A stretch of DNA of 64,000 nucleotides from Bispira polyomma. Lineage: Eukaryota. This document shows, piece after piece, positions 57,801 to 64,000 of the stretch. Position 1 is the first letter of the stretch, and each line of letters opens with the position of its first letter. A program made the translations under genes and the position numbers. A model generated the notes under the pieces. It saw only the letters and a program-made list of their open reading frames with translations. It was not told where the DNA came from and searched no databases. Where the stretch lies: contig OZ287750.1 of assembly GCA_965649765.1 (NCBI GenBank), positions 31,868,001 to 31,932,000 on the forward strand, in the 5' to 3' direction.

Positions 57801-60234
57801 TAACCTCTTTGGCAGAGTTAATTATAACAGTGAGGTAACATGTCTTTGCAAGTTTTAACTTTGGGTTTTGATAATATGTTGACATATATGAAAGAGTGAA
57901 TGTCTACAAAAGCCATAAATGTTAAAAAAAATTCTTAACACTGTGCTTAATGTCTGGTTTTTAGAGACAAACAAACACTAGAACAACGAGATCAGTACAA
58001 CGTGTCAAAGCACAAAGAAATATCACAAGTTCCAACTAATCTAAATTGGCCATGATTACAAAGTATAGTTGTCCCTCCGTGATGGCAGAATCTTACTAGC
58101 CCTTCTTCCAGCACACAGAGAGACTGATCCAGTAGAACCTCTATTATATGAATATGTTGGCAGAGCAAGATTTTGTTTGAATAAATAGAAGGTTCATATA
58201 AAAGAAAAGAGGCATTTTAGTATAAAACAATAGAAAAATGTAAATTTGGCAGAGTGAAAGTGTAATTTCCTAATGTTAAACTTTTGGATAATAGAAGTTC
58301 AGATAATAGAGGATCATACTCTAGTGACGCAATATACATTTTCTTTTCTGGTTAAGTCATACAAACCTTGTGTGGCCAGTTATAGAGTGACAGCCTGACT
58401 AATTCTTTAATTTCATGCTCCTCGTATTTATTACAGTAATACGTAAACATCTTGGGCTGTATTTTGTAGAGCAACTCAAGCTCAAATTGAGACTCAACTC
58501 TCAAAGGCTATCTCTGACCCACTCTATATAGAAAATTATAAAGACCAGAAGTGCGCATAGAACACAAAAGCCGTCAGTGCGCAATTCGTAACCGTACTTT
58601 ATCTAGGAGAATAGATCACCGATAAATAGTTCCGTCAGTAGCTACAAAAATAGTTCACAGTAAGTTGGAAAATATCTTATTATTTGCTTTAAAATATACT
58701 GTTGTCAGTCTTTATAATAGACATAAAGCACACAGGCTTTACACCTACCGGCCCTTGTCCATTATTCTGCCGTAAGTCAGTACTTGATTCGCCAATAAAG
58801 TACTCGCCCTTGAGCTTTATTTCTACAATAACCTATACATGTAGACAGTCATTTTAATAGAACTTTCAGTGGTGAATTACAAGGAGTCTGATTTTATCTA
58901 TCTATACATTTGAGATTGAGACCTTTAGACAATATAGCCACTGGAATACTTTTAACATCTTTGGTCATATTGTGATGACCAGATGTCTTTGTACTCCACA
59001 CAATGAACCTAGGGTAAGTACTCAACAAACTTTCCCACATACGTCCTCAAAGGTGATAAGCTTGTGACATATAAGCAGATTATTATAACCACCAGGCAAC
59101 CACCACAGTCCTTTTTATTTTCTTAGAGTAGTTATTACCCGACTAACTAAACTACCTAATATAGTATATGCTTCTCTAATACAGAATTCACCCACTAAGC
59201 AATACCTTAAGAACATTTAGACCTGGTATGCAAATAAGGTAAGGGTACCTAAAAAGTATATACACTAGATAGAACCTCTAATATCCAATCTACTTTTATC
59301 CAATTTTTTGATGTTACGACCTTTTGTCCACTGTGAGCCAAAGTTAAATTTTTCTATTCAAATGTGTTTCTTTTTAACAAACTTTCTGTTTGTGTACCAA
59401 AACTTGCCCTCATCATAAAATGTTCGGATATTAGAGGTTCCACTGCATTTCTACAGCTGAATATACAAATAATGGTTTGTTCGGTAAAGGTTTTACAAGA
59501 CAACTTTATGACCAGTACAATTGTCACACTGTATTCCATCAAACGATATACAATAGTATTATTGCAGTAGTGGTCACAAGAAATATACTAGCGAATAGAA
59601 AACAAAACACAGGCTTAACGACACAACGATCCACTATAATTTTAACTCTGCATTTCATGAGGTGTATTTTTTACGAAAGCACACAAAAGCATCTAGGACA
59701 AAGAAATCTTATTTGGTCAGACAATAAAATCCACGTTTCCATGTGTAATTTTTAATGCCAAGAGAGAAAAAAAGAGTGCAAGAATTTACAGTAGAACCTC
59801 TATTATCCAAACTTCTATTTTCCAAATATCTGATTTGATGCACTCCTTTCCACCCTCCCAAATTTATGCTTTCCTATTTTTTTAATGGCCTTTTTTTACA
59901 ATCTTTATACTATCCGTATAAAATGCGTGTGGATAATACAGGTTCTACTGAAGTGCTTGTGGGCAAGCTAAATTTAACCTTGCTACTTGACAATAATTGT
60001 ATTTTTTTTTACCATAGATGTTTTCTATAGTTCCAGAATCTTACATTGAACATGTCAGCTATGAATTCTGAGAAGTGGTGATCACTGTCGGGTGACTTCA
60101 TTCAATGCAAGAAATAACTAGAATTTCGTCCTCACCCCACCCCCCAAAAAAACACAGCTGATGTACGAGAGTTATTTTTGTGAACAGAATGCAGGTGTTA
60201 AAAGTGTCTTCCTGTATTGAGTGTGTAGTTATGT

Positions 60235-63826
<3,592 letters not shown>

Positions 63827-64000
63827 CTAAAACAAAAGAAAAATGAATATTGACACAAAAACGGCCCATCAAGAAAAAACATGTCTTAAGATTTCTTTCA
63901 CATGGACAAATGTTTAAATTTGAAAATAGTTAAGAGCAAGTGAAAATTCATCAAGTTACACATCAATTCTATTATGAGTAATATTTACAGAACAGCACAA

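Overview
AT-rich eukaryotic genomic DNA with spliceosomal GT-AG introns. The gene and repeat content looks lophotrochozoan, probably molluscan (inference). Four protein-coding genes were reconstructed by hand: (1) exon 1 of a secreted tyrosinase on the minus strand (859-1436; the rest lies left of the window); (2) a complete 4-exon TMED6-like p24 cargo receptor (13274-20328, +, 245 aa); (3) a complete 15-exon DNAJC11 (24303-50732, +, about 547 aa); (4) the last four coding exons of PDE6D (60235-63826, -). DNAJC11 intron 10 holds a 5.7-kb DIRS-type tyrosine-recombinase retrotransposon (38713-44456) with inverted terminal repeats and an internal complementary region. Its ORFs are ruined and its RT core is replaced by about 0.9 kb of foreign DNA, yet its termini are nearly pristine. 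The rest is L2/CR1 LINE fragments, tRNA-derived SINEs, hAT-, Kolobok-, piggyBac- and pogo-like MITEs, Helentron-like elements, mini/satellites and G-tracts. Most ORF-track entries are spurious. The most interesting signals are the cargo-carrying non-autonomous DIRS, the YKPP-repeat propeptide on the tyrosinase, and recurring short local duplications or insertions at splice boundaries. No novel system can be claimed with certainty from sequence alone.
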